NCBI GenBank assembly: GCA_963789955.1
Contig: CAWBMV010000022.1
Location: 352,001-416,000 of the forward strand
Source: an uncultured Candidatus Rokubacteria bacterium
GTDB lineage: Bacteria; Methylomirabilota; Methylomirabilia; Rokubacteriales; CSP1-6
Reading direction: 5' to 3'
DNA: 64,000 nt
The position numbers and the translations under genes are program-made. Shown piece by piece: positions 1-9,671 of the stretch. Position 1 is the first letter of the stretch, and each line of letters begins with the position of its first letter. Below the pieces are notes generated by a model. It had not been told where the DNA came from and searched no databases. It saw only the letters and a list, made by a program, of their open reading frames with translations.

Positions 1-105
1 GAAGCGCTCTTCGAGATGAGCCGCACGGATGCCGGTATGCTCAAGTCCTTCGAGGTGCGATTCAATGTCGACGCCGACGGATTCTGGCGCGTGCGGTCGT
101 TCTGA
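1..105 (+). CDS. 3' end of upstream protein (partial), ends ...FEVRFNVDADGFWRVRSF
   Basis: Open frame 1 from the window edge to TGA at 103-105, GC-rich third positions, 10 bp before the next gene. Confidence 0.7.
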   Translation, partial: EALFEMSRTDAGMLKSFEVRFNVDADGFWRVRSF

Positions 106-115
106 GATCTCGCTG

Positions 116-696
116 ATGCGCTCCGTTCTGATCGCGCTGATGTTCCTGATCTCGCTCCTGATGCCTCGATGGACCGAGGCGGCCGGGCCCTGGCAGGCGC
201 AGGTGGTCAGCGCCGATTCAAAGCAGCCACTCGAGGGCGTGGTGGTGCTGGCCTGGTGGACGCGACACGTTCGCAGCCTCGGAGGTCCGAGCGAGGAGTA
301 CCGCGATTCGCAGGAAGTCCTGACCGACAAGGACGGCCGCTTCACGATCGAGTCGCGCTGGTTCTTCAGCCTCAATCCGCTGGTGTTCTTCCGCGGGCCG
401 TTCATCGCGATGTTCAAGTCGGGGTACGGGGATTACGGATGGCCCGGCTACACGGGATCGGAGACGTGGCCCAACGAGAAGCGCAAGGCGCTTCAGACAG
501 AAGCTCAGCTGCTGCAGCTCGATGGGATCGTGCTGGAGATGCCGGTCTTGCCCAACACCGAACAGAGAGCGAAGTACCTCGACGCATCTCGAGGCCCGTA
601 TTTCGGGCGTTCCTCACGACAGACGCCCGCTGATGCAAGAGGCGATCGATGGAAGAACGGAAGGCGCTGGAATCCCGTGGCCGGATTCAGCGGTAG
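116..696 (+). CDS. Secreted protein with a carboxypeptidase-regulatory-like (prealbumin-fold) N-terminal domain; frameshifted near the 3' end
   Basis: Signal peptide MRSVLIALMFLISLL..TEA; motif QVVSADSKQPLEGVVV...TDKDGRFTI; correcting indels near 590 and 651 gives ...MQEAIDEERKALESRGRIQR-stop (694-696). Confidence 0.65.
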
Positions 697-705
697 GGAG
701 GTCTC

Positions 706-3089
706 GTGATCCAACCGGAGAAACTCGTCGCGACCGTGTGTGCAGCCGGAGTGCTGGGCGCTGTTCGGGACGGCGGACGTTGCGCTGTCGTACGCGCCCG
801 CCACCCACGCCGAGATCGGCAGGATCGCCGTCGTCCGCTCGGATCTGGACGCGATCTTGAAGGCTCAGTATCGCGTCGACCGCGGTGCGACGTTCGTCGT
901 CAACGGAGAGACTGTTCAGACCTGGATCGCGATCGGCGCGACGCGCGAGGATTTCCCGGCGACCCGGTCTCTCAATCACTTTCACAGTCCGCTGAAGCCA
1001 TGGGCGAGCGCCGGCGGACTTCTCGGCCAGTCGTCCGTCTACTGGCAGCAGAACCCGGATCAAGGCCTCGGCGGCACATGGTCATGGCCTGTCGCTCGTC
1101 AGCGATTGTTCGAGTTTCTGACCCTGCCGACGCCGGCGGCGCGGGAAGGAGCGCTTGCGGACACCGCTCGGGCTCTCGGGCAGGTCATGCACATGGTTCA
1201 GGATGCGGCGTCACCGGCCCACACGCGCGAGGATCCGCACCTGCTCCACGACGGATACGAAGCTCGTATCGAGGAGCTCCGAGCGAGTCGCGATGCGACG
1301 CTCCGGTCCCGCTTCCAGGCGTTCCTGGATGCTTCATCGACGTTGCCGTCGACCTCGATCTTCACGCCGACGGGGGATCCGCGGGCGCCGGTTCCGGTCG
1401 CGAGGCTCGTCGACAGCGACCGGTACGCGGGCACCGTGCCATCGTATTCGGTCGGGGCCGACGCTGGCCTGGCCGAGTACACCAGCGGTGGCTACGTGAG
1501 CGACGACACGATCTTCCTGGGGTTCGCGCTTCCGCGCCGCGAGAGCCTGGGCCCGGCGGTCTTCGATCCGCCGGCCGACACTCCGGGTGCGCGGCGCTAT
1601 TTCCCGAAGACGACCGATGGCGACACGGTCAGTCACTTCGTCGCCGAGGGAGCGTTGTACGAACGTCTCCTGTTTCGCGGGCAGCTGGTCGGCGGGTTCA
1701 TGCTCGACGACAAGGTCTACGAGGACTACGCGGCTCGATTGATCCCTCGCGCGGTGGGCTATTCGGCCGGCCTCCTGAACTACTTCTTCCGAAGCAGCTT
1801 CGACTTCACCGTAGACGTGATCGGCAACGATGCGAGCGCGCGGCTCCTGACGATCAGCATCCCGCCCGAGCTCACCGCGGAGACGATGGACGGGACCTTC
1901 ACCCTGTACGCCGAGGACAAGAACGGTCTGCGGAGCGCCGTCGCCGGAGCGTCGATCACGACCACGCTATTCCGGGGAGCGTCTACCCAGGCGATCTTCA
2001 CGCCCGTCTCCGGCGTGCGTGCATACGTGCTCGTGTTTCGAGGCACGCTGGGCGCCGAGTCCGACGCGGTGACCGGCAAGGTCAAGCCGATGGGCCCGTT
2101 CGTGGCCGCGTTGCAAACGACGGCCGAGTTCACCGGCGAAGCGACGCGCGCGACCGTGACGGAGGTCGACAACGCGTCGACGCTCATCGTCATGGAGACG
2201 CTGTCGAAGGACGCGCGGCAGCAGCGCGCCAAGGGATCGTTCTTTTCGTCCACGAACGATCCCGGGCAGCATCTCAAGCGCGTATCGCTGGAGTTCGATC
2301 CCAGAATCGTCGGCGCGGCGCCGGTCCGACTGCTTCTGGACGACATCGATGTCGGCGTCGCATGGAGCCGAGAGGGCACGCCCCTCGAGAATCCCAGCCG
2401 ATGGGAGGTCCGAATCGACCTGCCGGTGTTCTTCGGCGGCGGGGGGATCCTCGTGCCGAACGTCCCGCGGTTCTTGGCCGTCGAGACCCTGGAGGGGACC
2501 ACGATCAGGACCCCGCTCGTCTGGTGGCGCAGCGTGTCCTCGGTCAACGAGGCCCGAGGAGGCCGGCGAATCCGTGACCGGGTGTCCGCTGGAGCTCCAG
2601 TGCGAACAGGTGGTCAGCAACAGTACCGTGCTGCACGGACTCGTCTTCTTCGGCGACGGGAACGGCGAGGGGCGTGACACCACCTCCTCCGGCCAGCGCC
2701 AGCCCATGACCGCGCCGCACACGGCGGTCGGCTTCATCCCGACGGGCGTGGTCGCGGGGTACAGCGTGGGAACCGACGAGCAGACCGGAAGCCTCAACTG
2801 CTTTGCCGGGTGTGTGCCCGCCGCTTCGTGCACGGCCAGCACCGTCAGGGTCTTCGCCGAGTCGCGAGCGGAGGGGCGTGTGTGGATAAAGGACGAATTT
2901 TCGATCAGCTCCAGTACTCTGAGTGGCGTGCATACGGTCGCGAACGCCTGTGCCCGGCCGGCCGCGGGTCAGCCCGTCGCCCCTGATCTGCCGGAGCTGA
3001 GATTCCGGCGTGACTACTTACCGGCGGAGCAGAGCCGATTTCAGGAGTTCGGGGTGACACCGCCCGAGCACGAGATCACGCTCCGATGA
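706..3089 (+). CDS. Large secreted protein: N-terminal Zn-dependent phospholipase C / S1-P1 nuclease-like domain plus beta-rich, Cys-containing C-terminal region; two frameshifts
   Basis: GGAGG RBS, GTG 706, signal peptide, mature start YAPATH; ED...NHFH, HMVQDAASPAH and HDGYE motifs; ORFs 706, 740..2677 and 2349..3089 join at about 757 and 2560. Confidence 0.7.
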
Positions 3090-3658
3090 ACGCTGCGTCT
3101 ACATGGACGGCGCGGGGCCGACTGCACCAGGCGCTGCTGGTCTGCGTCGTTCTGGTCGGTGCGGCCGGCTGCCTCTATCCCGGCGCCGACGTTCCCTACG
3201 TCCAGACTCCGACCGACGTCGTCACCGAGATGCTGCGGCTCGCCACCGTCGGCCCGAACGACGTCGTCTACGACCTGGGCTCGGGCGACGGGCGCCTGGT
3301 GATCGCGGCCGCGCGTGATTTCGGCGCGCGCGGTGTCGGCATCGAGATCGATCCCTCGTTGATTGCGCTGAGCACGGACGCGGCGCGGCGGGCTGGCGTC
3401 GGCGACCGCGTGACGTTTCGCGCGGACGATCTCTTCGAGACCGATCTCTCGGACGCCACCGTCGTGACGCTCTATCTCTCGCGCTCGATCAATCAGCGAT
3501 TGCGCCCCAAGCTCCTGCGCGAGCTGCGGCCGGGCGCGCGCATCGTCTCGCACAATTTCGACATGGGCGACGACTGGATGCCGAGCCAGACCAAGCAAGT
3601 CTCGTCGCGCGATCGTCTGGTGACGGTGTTTCTCTGGGTGATTCCGCCGAAATCGTAA
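3086..3658 (+). CDS. Class I SAM-dependent methyltransferase with a lipoprotein-like signal
   Basis: VYDLGSGDGR motif I, GIEID, DVPYVQTP; hydrophobic N-terminus ending AAGC; ATGA overlap with the previous gene. Confidence 0.85.
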   Translation: MNAASTWTARGRLHQALLVCVVLVGAAGCLYPGADVPYVQTPTDVVTEMLRLATVGPNDVVYDLGSGDGRLVIAAARDFGARGVGIEIDPSLIALSTDAARRAGVGDRVTFRADDLFETDLSDATVVTLYLSRSINQRLRPKLLRELRPGARIVSHNFDMGDDWMPSQTKQVSSRDRLVTVFLWVIPPKS

Positions 3659-3882
3659 TCGCTCGCGCCTGAAACGAGCGTCGTGTTGTTGCGAGCGCGT
3701 GACGTTGGTGTTCCACGCAGCGGAACTTTCTGTCTCACTCGTGAGAACGCGCGTTCAGGTATTTCACTCATTGACTTCGAGCGACCGCATCGAGGATTCT
3801 CCTGGCGCTAAATCGAGAGATCCACTGGTTCCGTCCTGCAGAACGGTCCGCGCGTGACGCGGACAGACGCAAGGAGGTTCTC

Positions 3883-4931
3883 ATGCGGTTCTCGCCACAG
3901 GCTCTTCGAGCGATCGAGCGGCGCAAGTTCTTGAAGCTCATGGGAGGCGCGGCGAGCGGCGTCATGGCGCTCGGCAGCGGCGGCTCGTTCGTGCGCGCGC
4001 GCCGCGCGGAAGCGCAGGTGGCCCTCACGCCCTTCGTCGACGCGCTGCCGATTCCCGACGGCATCAGGCCCAGCGGCACGTTCGACGGCGATCCGCTCTT
4101 TCAGGTGACGATGCAGGTGTTCAGGCAGAAGCTCCATCGCGACCTGCCGCCGACGACGCTCTGGGGCTACAACGCCCAGTACCCCGGCCCCACCTTCGAG
4201 GCGCGCCGAGGCCGGCCCATCGCCGTGCGCTGGATGAACAATCTGCCGAACCGCCACATGTTCCCGATCGACAACACCTTGCACGGCGACGAGGCGGGAC
4301 AGCCGGCGGTGCGGACGGTCGTGCACCTGCACGGACACAAGGTGTTGCCGGAGAGCGACGGCTATCCGGAGGCGTGGTTCACGAACGGCTTCGGGCAGAC
4401 CGGGCCGTTCTTCGAGCAGCGGATCTACCGGTATCCGAACGACCAGGCGGCGACGCAGCTCTGGTACCACGACCACGCGCTCGGCGCCACGCGGATCAAC
4501 AACTACGCCGGGCTCTCAGGCGTCTACCTGTTGCGTGACCAGGTCGAGGGCAATCTAAATCTGCCCGACGGGGCGTTCGAGATTCCCCTGATCATCCAGG
4601 ATCGGTTCTTCAACGCCGATGGCTCGCTGCTGTATCCGGTCGAGGACGACGGTGGTGACCCGGATCCGCGCGTGCCGCCCGTCTGGATCCCCGAGTTCTT
4701 CGGCGATACCGTGCTGGTCAACGGCTGATGTTCAAGGTCGGCAAGCGCCACAGCGGCCGCGACGACAGCGAGATTCCCCGATCGCGGGCGCAGGTGCCGC
4801 TGCTCGATCCGCGGGCCTCGGTGAAGCCCCGCGATCTGGTGCTGAGCGAGCTCGACTCGGCCGATCCGTTCGAGAACCCGATCATCGCGCTCATCAACGC
4901 GCCGTGGTCCGATCCGGTGACCGAGACGCCG
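3883..4931 (+). pseudogene. Tat-exported CotA/bilirubin oxidase-like multicopper oxidase, internally deleted and truncated
   Basis: RRKFLK Tat motif, VHLHG and WYHDH copper motifs, stop after FFGDTVLVNG; 4728-4931 encodes a CotA-like domain 2/3 linker ending WSDPVTETP; C-terminal copper motifs absent. Confidence 0.8.
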
Positions 4932-6227
4932 AGCCTGGTCGTGCTCCTGCTGGCGACCGGCGCCGAGCTGCTCGCGCGAACCCAGGCGATGAGCGGTGCG
5001 GCGCTCGCCGCGAGCGTCGCCGCCGTCCCGAGCGTCGTGACGCAGACCCACCTGGGCCAGATCCTCGCAGCGCGGCTGGTGGCGGTCGTAGTCGCCCTGC
5101 TGCTGGCGTTCGAGGCGGGCCGCGCGTTTCGCGCCTTCGTCCTTCTCGTCGCGCTGGCCATCGCGCTGTCGATGAGCCTCACCGGACACGCGGCCGACTG
5201 GGGCGACGTGACGCTCAGCGTCGGCGTCGACTGGGTTCACGCCGTGGCGGCGTCCGCGTGGACGGGCGGTCTCATCGCGCTGGCGTTCGCGGCCGGGCGC
5301 CGCGGGGCTGGGTGGTCACGTGAGTCGCTCGCCACCGTCGCGCCGCGCTTCTCGCGGCTGGCCGGGCTCTGCCTGCTCGCGATCGTCGTGACCGGAGGCT
5401 ACAACGCGTGGGCCCAGCTGGGCGGCCTCTCGCGGCTGTGGAGCACCGCGTACGGTCGGGTCCTGATCGTGAAGCTTCTGATCGTCGCGGTGCTGGTGTG
5501 GCTGGGGGCCGTCAACCGCTACGCGCACTTGCCACGGCTCGCGCCGGCGCAGGCCGTCCGCGGCGTCGGCGCGCGGGCGTTCCAGCATGTCACGCCTCGC
5601 CCTCTTCGGTCCCAGCCGAGGCACGCCGTCAGTGCCGGCGGAGTCGCAGCTTGTCGCGTACGTCACGATCGAAGCGCTCGTCGGCCTCGCCGTGTTCGCG
5701 TGCACGGCCGTCCTGGGCGAAGTCACGCCGGGGCGCCACGTCCAGTTCGAGCGCAGGCCGACGACGCACGTCGCACCGGTCGCGCGACCCGGTGGGGGCG
5801 GACCGCGGTCGGGCACCGTGACGCCGCCGCGCGGGGACGCCGCACACGGACGAGCGGTCTTCGGCAGGCTCGAGTGCGCGACGTGTCACGCGATCCCCGA
5901 CACGCAGTTCTCGGCGCCGATCCGACCGGGGCCTGACCTGGCCGGGATCGGCGGACGCCACCCGGGCGAGATCGTCGAGTCGATCATGAACCCGAACGCG
6001 CAGATGCTCGACGGGCCGGGCTACACCAATGAGCAGGGGCTGTCGACGATGCCGGACTATCGAGACCAGCTGACGGTAGGGGAGCTGATCGACCTGGTCG
6101 AATACCTGAGAGGCTTCGAAGCGCCCGCAGCACCCGCGCCGCCTGCGACGCCCGGACGCCGATGCCGGCGCCCCGCCGCGCCGCCCCGGCGCCGGCCACG
6201 CCCGAGCAACCGACGCCCACGCGGTGA
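4932..6227 (+). CDS. CopD-family membrane protein fused to a C-terminal cytochrome c; lacks its own N-terminus; frameshifted
   Basis: SLTGHAA, DWVHAVAASAWTGGL, STAYGRVLIVK (CopD-like); CATCH heme motif, GPDL and distal Met (TMP); frameshifts near 5585 and 6160. Confidence 0.75.
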
Positions 6228-6246
6228 GCCGAGCTACGCGCGAGCG

Positions 6247-7377
6247 TCAGGCGTAGACGCGCTCGATCCGGCTCCCGACGCGACAGACGATCTCCCACGG
6301 GATCGAGCCGATCGTGTTCGCCATCTCGCGCGCGTCGATCGTGTCGCCGTCCTGGCTCCCGATGAAGACCACCTCGTCGCCGGGTGAGGCGTCGAGCCCG
6401 GTCACGTCGATCATGATCATGTCCATGCAGACCGAGCCGATGATCGGTGCCCGCCGGCCCCGGATCAGGACCGAGCCGCGGCCGGCCAGCCGCAGATCGA
6501 GCCCGTCGGCGTAGCCCGCGGGCACGATCGCGATCGTCGTCGGCTTCTTCGCGGTGAAGCGCGCCCCGTAGCCGGTGACCTCGCCGGCGCGCATGCCCTT
6601 GACCGCGGTGATGCGGCTCGCCAGGGTCATCACGGGCGCCAGCGGGATCGTGGACGTCAGCGGCGGCGGCACGATGCCGTAGAGCAAGAGGCCCGGCCGC
6701 ACGCGATCGAACCACACGCGCGGGTCGCGCACCACCGCGGCACTGTTGGCGGCGTGCCGGAAGCGCGGCCGCGCGCCCAGCGCCTGGAGATCGGCGAGGA
6801 CCCGATCGAAGCGCTGGCGCTGCTCGTCGAAGAGCGACGATGCGGGGTCGTCCGCGGTCGCGAAGTGGGTGAAGACGGCGTCGAGATCGAGATTCTCGCT
6901 GCGGAGCAGATCGGGGAGGGTGCGGCGCAGGTTGTCGAAGCGAAACCCGAGCCGGTTCATGCCCGTGTCGATCTTCAGGTGATAGCGTACGCGCTGCTTG
7001 TACCGCGCGGCCGCGGCCTGCACGGCGCGCGCCGCCCCCGGCGACGAGATCGTCGGCGTCAGCCGGCAGTCGAACAGGCCGTCGAGGTCACTGACGCTGA
7101 GCGCGCCGAAGATGAGGATGTCGGCGCGCACGCCGGCCGCCCTCAGGGTGGCGCCTTCCTCTATATCCGCGCAGGCCAGCAGGTCGGCGCCGGCATCCTC
7201 GAGCGCCCGCCCAACCTGTGCCGCGCCGTGACCGTACGCGTTCGCCTTGACGACGCTGATGACACCCGGCGGCGAGGCCGGCCGCTCGCGCTTCAGATGC
7301 TCGCCGATCGCCCGATAGTTCGCCTTGAGCACCTCGAGATCGACGCGCGCGACCGTCGGCCGAACCCGCTCACCCAT
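6247..7377 (-). CDS. alr: Alanine racemase
   Basis: VVKANAYGHG PLP lysine, HLKIDTGMNRLG, GYADG, VCMD. Confidence 0.97.
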   Translation of the reverse strand: MGERVRPTVARVDLEVLKANYRAIGEHLKRERPASPPGVISVVKANAYGHGAAQVGRALEDAGADLLACADIEEGATLRAAGVRADILIFGALSVSDLDGLFDCRLTPTISSPGAARAVQAAAARYKQRVRYHLKIDTGMNRLGFRFDNLRRTLPDLLRSENLDLDAVFTHFATADDPASSLFDEQRQRFDRVLADLQALGARPRFRHAANSAAVVRDPRVWFDRVRPGLLLYGIVPPPLTSTIPLAPVMTLASRITAVKGMRAGEVTGYGARFTAKKPTTIAIVPAGYADGLDLRLAGRGSVLIRGRRAPIIGSVCMDMIMIDVTGLDASPGDEVVFIGSQDGDTIDAREMANTIGSIPWEIVCRVGSRIERVYA

Positions 7378-7488
7378 GCGATGCCGCCCCTGGCTCCGTA
7401 TTCGTCATCTCGTCCATGTTACTGCGAGGGCGGCGCCCGCCCGTCCAGGTCTGTGGGGGCCCGGAGCTTGCTCCGGCGTGTCGATAGG

Positions 7489-8682
7489 CTAGGTCGATCC
7501 GTCAGCCGCCAGCGCGTCGATCTGCGCCGGCGTGTACCCCAGCTCTTTCAGAATCTCCTGGCGATGCTGGCCGAGCAGGGGAGCCGCCGAGATCTTCGTC
7601 GGCGAAGCGGAGAGCTTGATCGGATTGCCGGCGGTGATGTAGCTCCCGCGCACCGGGTGCGAGACCTCGACGATCATGTCGCGCGCGTGCAGGTGAGGAT
7701 CGGCCATCACCTCGCCGGTGTCGAGGCACGCGCCGCACGGGATGCCGGCGCCGGCCAGGGTCTTCATGACGTCGTGCTTGGGGCGCTTGGACGTCCAGTC
7801 CTCGACCAGCGCGTCGACCTCGCTCTTGTGCTGCCAGCGGGCCGCGGCCGTCTCGTACCGGGCATCGCCGATGAGGTCGGTCCGGCCGATCGTCTTCAGG
7901 AGCGTATGCCAGAACTGCTGCGGCACGAACAGAAACACGTAGTCGTTCTGGCCGCCGGGGTGGCAGCGATACGTCGTGCCCGGCGCGCTGACGCCCAGCT
8001 GGTTGCCGGTACGCTGACCGGGTTTCCCGGTGCGCTGATGGTCGCGCAGGCTGACGCGGATCAGATTGACCACGGCGTCCTGCATCGAGACCTCGACCCG
8101 TTGCCCTTCGCCCGTGGTGTGCCGCTGCATCAGCGCCGCGAGAATGCCGACGACGCAGTGCATGCCGGTGCCGGAATCGCCGATCGACGGCCACACGTAG
8201 GTCGGCGGATTGTCGGCAAAGCCGGTGACGCTCATCGCGCCGCCCATCGCCTGCGCGATCGGCTCGTAGCTCTTGTAGTCGGCGTACGGCCCGTACGAGC
8301 CGAAGCCCTTGATGCTCGCGTAGACCAGCCGCGGGTTGAGCTGCTTGACCGCCTCGTATCCGAAGCCCAGGCGCTCGAGCACACCCGGACCGAAATTCTC
8401 GAGCAGCACGTCACCGGTCTTCAGGAGGGCGCGGAACACGTCCTTCGCGCCGGCATTCTTCAGATTGAGCGGGAGGCTGCGCTTGTTGGCGTTGAAAGAC
8501 AGATAGAAGAGGCTGTCCGCGTCGGGCCGATCCGCGTGCATCTGCCGGGCCGGGTCGCCCTTGCCGGGCTCCTCCACCTTGATCACGTCCGCGCCGAACC
8601 ACGCCAGCAACTGCCCGCACGAGGGGCCCGCCTGATTGTTCGTGATGTCGATGACTCGAATGCCTGCCAGCGCTCCGCTCAT
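7489..8682 (-). CDS. Class III CoA-transferase, formyl-CoA transferase-like
   Basis: QAGPSC, GADVIKVE, NKRS, ENFGPG, GDSGTGMH. Confidence 0.9.
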   Translation of the reverse strand: MSGALAGIRVIDITNNQAGPSCGQLLAWFGADVIKVEEPGKGDPARQMHADRPDADSLFYLSFNANKRSLPLNLKNAGAKDVFRALLKTGDVLLENFGPGVLERLGFGYEAVKQLNPRLVYASIKGFGSYGPYADYKSYEPIAQAMGGAMSVTGFADNPPTYVWPSIGDSGTGMHCVVGILAALMQRHTTGEGQRVEVSMQDAVVNLIRVSLRDHQRTGKPGQRTGNQLGVSAPGTTYRCHPGGQNDYVFLFVPQQFWHTLLKTIGRTDLIGDARYETAAARWQHKSEVDALVEDWTSKRPKHDVMKTLAGAGIPCGACLDTGEVMADPHLHARDMIVEVSHPVRGSYITAGNPIKLSASPTKISAAPLLGQHRQEILKELGYTPAQIDALAADGST

Positions 8683-9671
8683 AGGGCAAACACCTTTTTG
8701 AGAAATGTTTTCACGTCCTCGGGCGACTTCTTGCGCCCTTCGCTGTCGCCGCCGACCATGACGCCCCGTTCCTGGCAGCCGCGCTCGTAGCTCGCCGCCG
8801 AGCGCGTGATGTCCTCGCCGCTCGCTCGGACCGTGACGGCGAACCGGTCCAGGTCGAACAGCATGTTGCAGTTGCGGCCGGTGACGACGTTCTTGGCGCG
8901 AACTGGCGGCCGGATCGAGTCGAAGTCGTGATAGGCGTTCCCGTAAACGACGGTCGTGACGTCGACGCCCTTCGATTTGAACCACTGTCCGTACTCGCGG
9001 CACGGCGCGGCCGGCGTGCAGTCGTCGCGCCCACCGAGCAGCATCAGGATCGGACCGCGCGTCAGGCGCTCGGTCACCTGCCAGCCGTTGCACGCCGGGT
9101 AGAGCGGCACGTGCGCCGCGAACTTCGTCTGGTCCTCGATGACGGCGGCTCGATACGACTCGAACTCGGTCCAGAGCGCGACCTGGCCGCCCTTCGAGAA
9201 GCCGATGACCCCGATGCGCTGGCGATCGATCTTCGGGTGCGTCGCGAGCAGCTTGAGGGCCGTAAACGCGTCGGCCACGTTGGCGGCGGTCGAGAGCTGC
9301 GTCTGATCGGTCGCCGTGTCACGGATGTTTCGCGGCGTGAAGCTATCGACGATGAAGGCGGCCACCCCGATGTCGTTGAGATGGTCGGCCCACCAGGACT
9401 CGCGGTCTGCGACACCGGCGCTACCATGCGCGATCACCATGGCCGGAACCGGGCCGGTCGCCTTCTTGGGTACCTGCAGGGTGCCGAAGATCACGGTCTT
9501 CTGCGTCGCCTGGCGCTTCGCCAGCTGGAAGAAGCCCGTCGGCGTCAGGCTCTCGAAGTAGATCTTGCCGGTGCGCCCGTCGGCGAGATCCTGGACCGGA
9601 GGGTCCGCCGCCGTCGCTGTCCCGGCGACGAGCAGGATCAGCAGGCTCAACCGTATGGTGATGGCCCTCAC
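8679..9671 (-). CDS. Secreted dienelactone hydrolase-family alpha/beta hydrolase (Ser nucleophile)
   Basis: Signal peptide, AHGSAG, GFSKGG, AYHDFD; 4-bp overlaps with both neighbours. Confidence 0.85.
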   Translation of the reverse strand: MRAITIRLSLLILLVAGTATAADPPVQDLADGRTGKIYFESLTPTGFFQLAKRQATQKTVIFGTLQVPKKATGPVPAMVIAHGSAGVADRESWWADHLNDIGVAAFIVDSFTPRNIRDTATDQTQLSTAANVADAFTALKLLATHPKIDRQRIGVIGFSKGGQVALWTEFESYRAAVIEDQTKFAAHVPLYPACNGWQVTERLTRGPILMLLGGRDDCTPAAPCREYGQWFKSKGVDVTTVVYGNAYHDFDSIRPPVRAKNVVTGRNCNMLFDLDRFAVTVRASGEDITRSAASYERGCQERGVMVGGDSEGRKKSPEDVKTFLKKVFAL

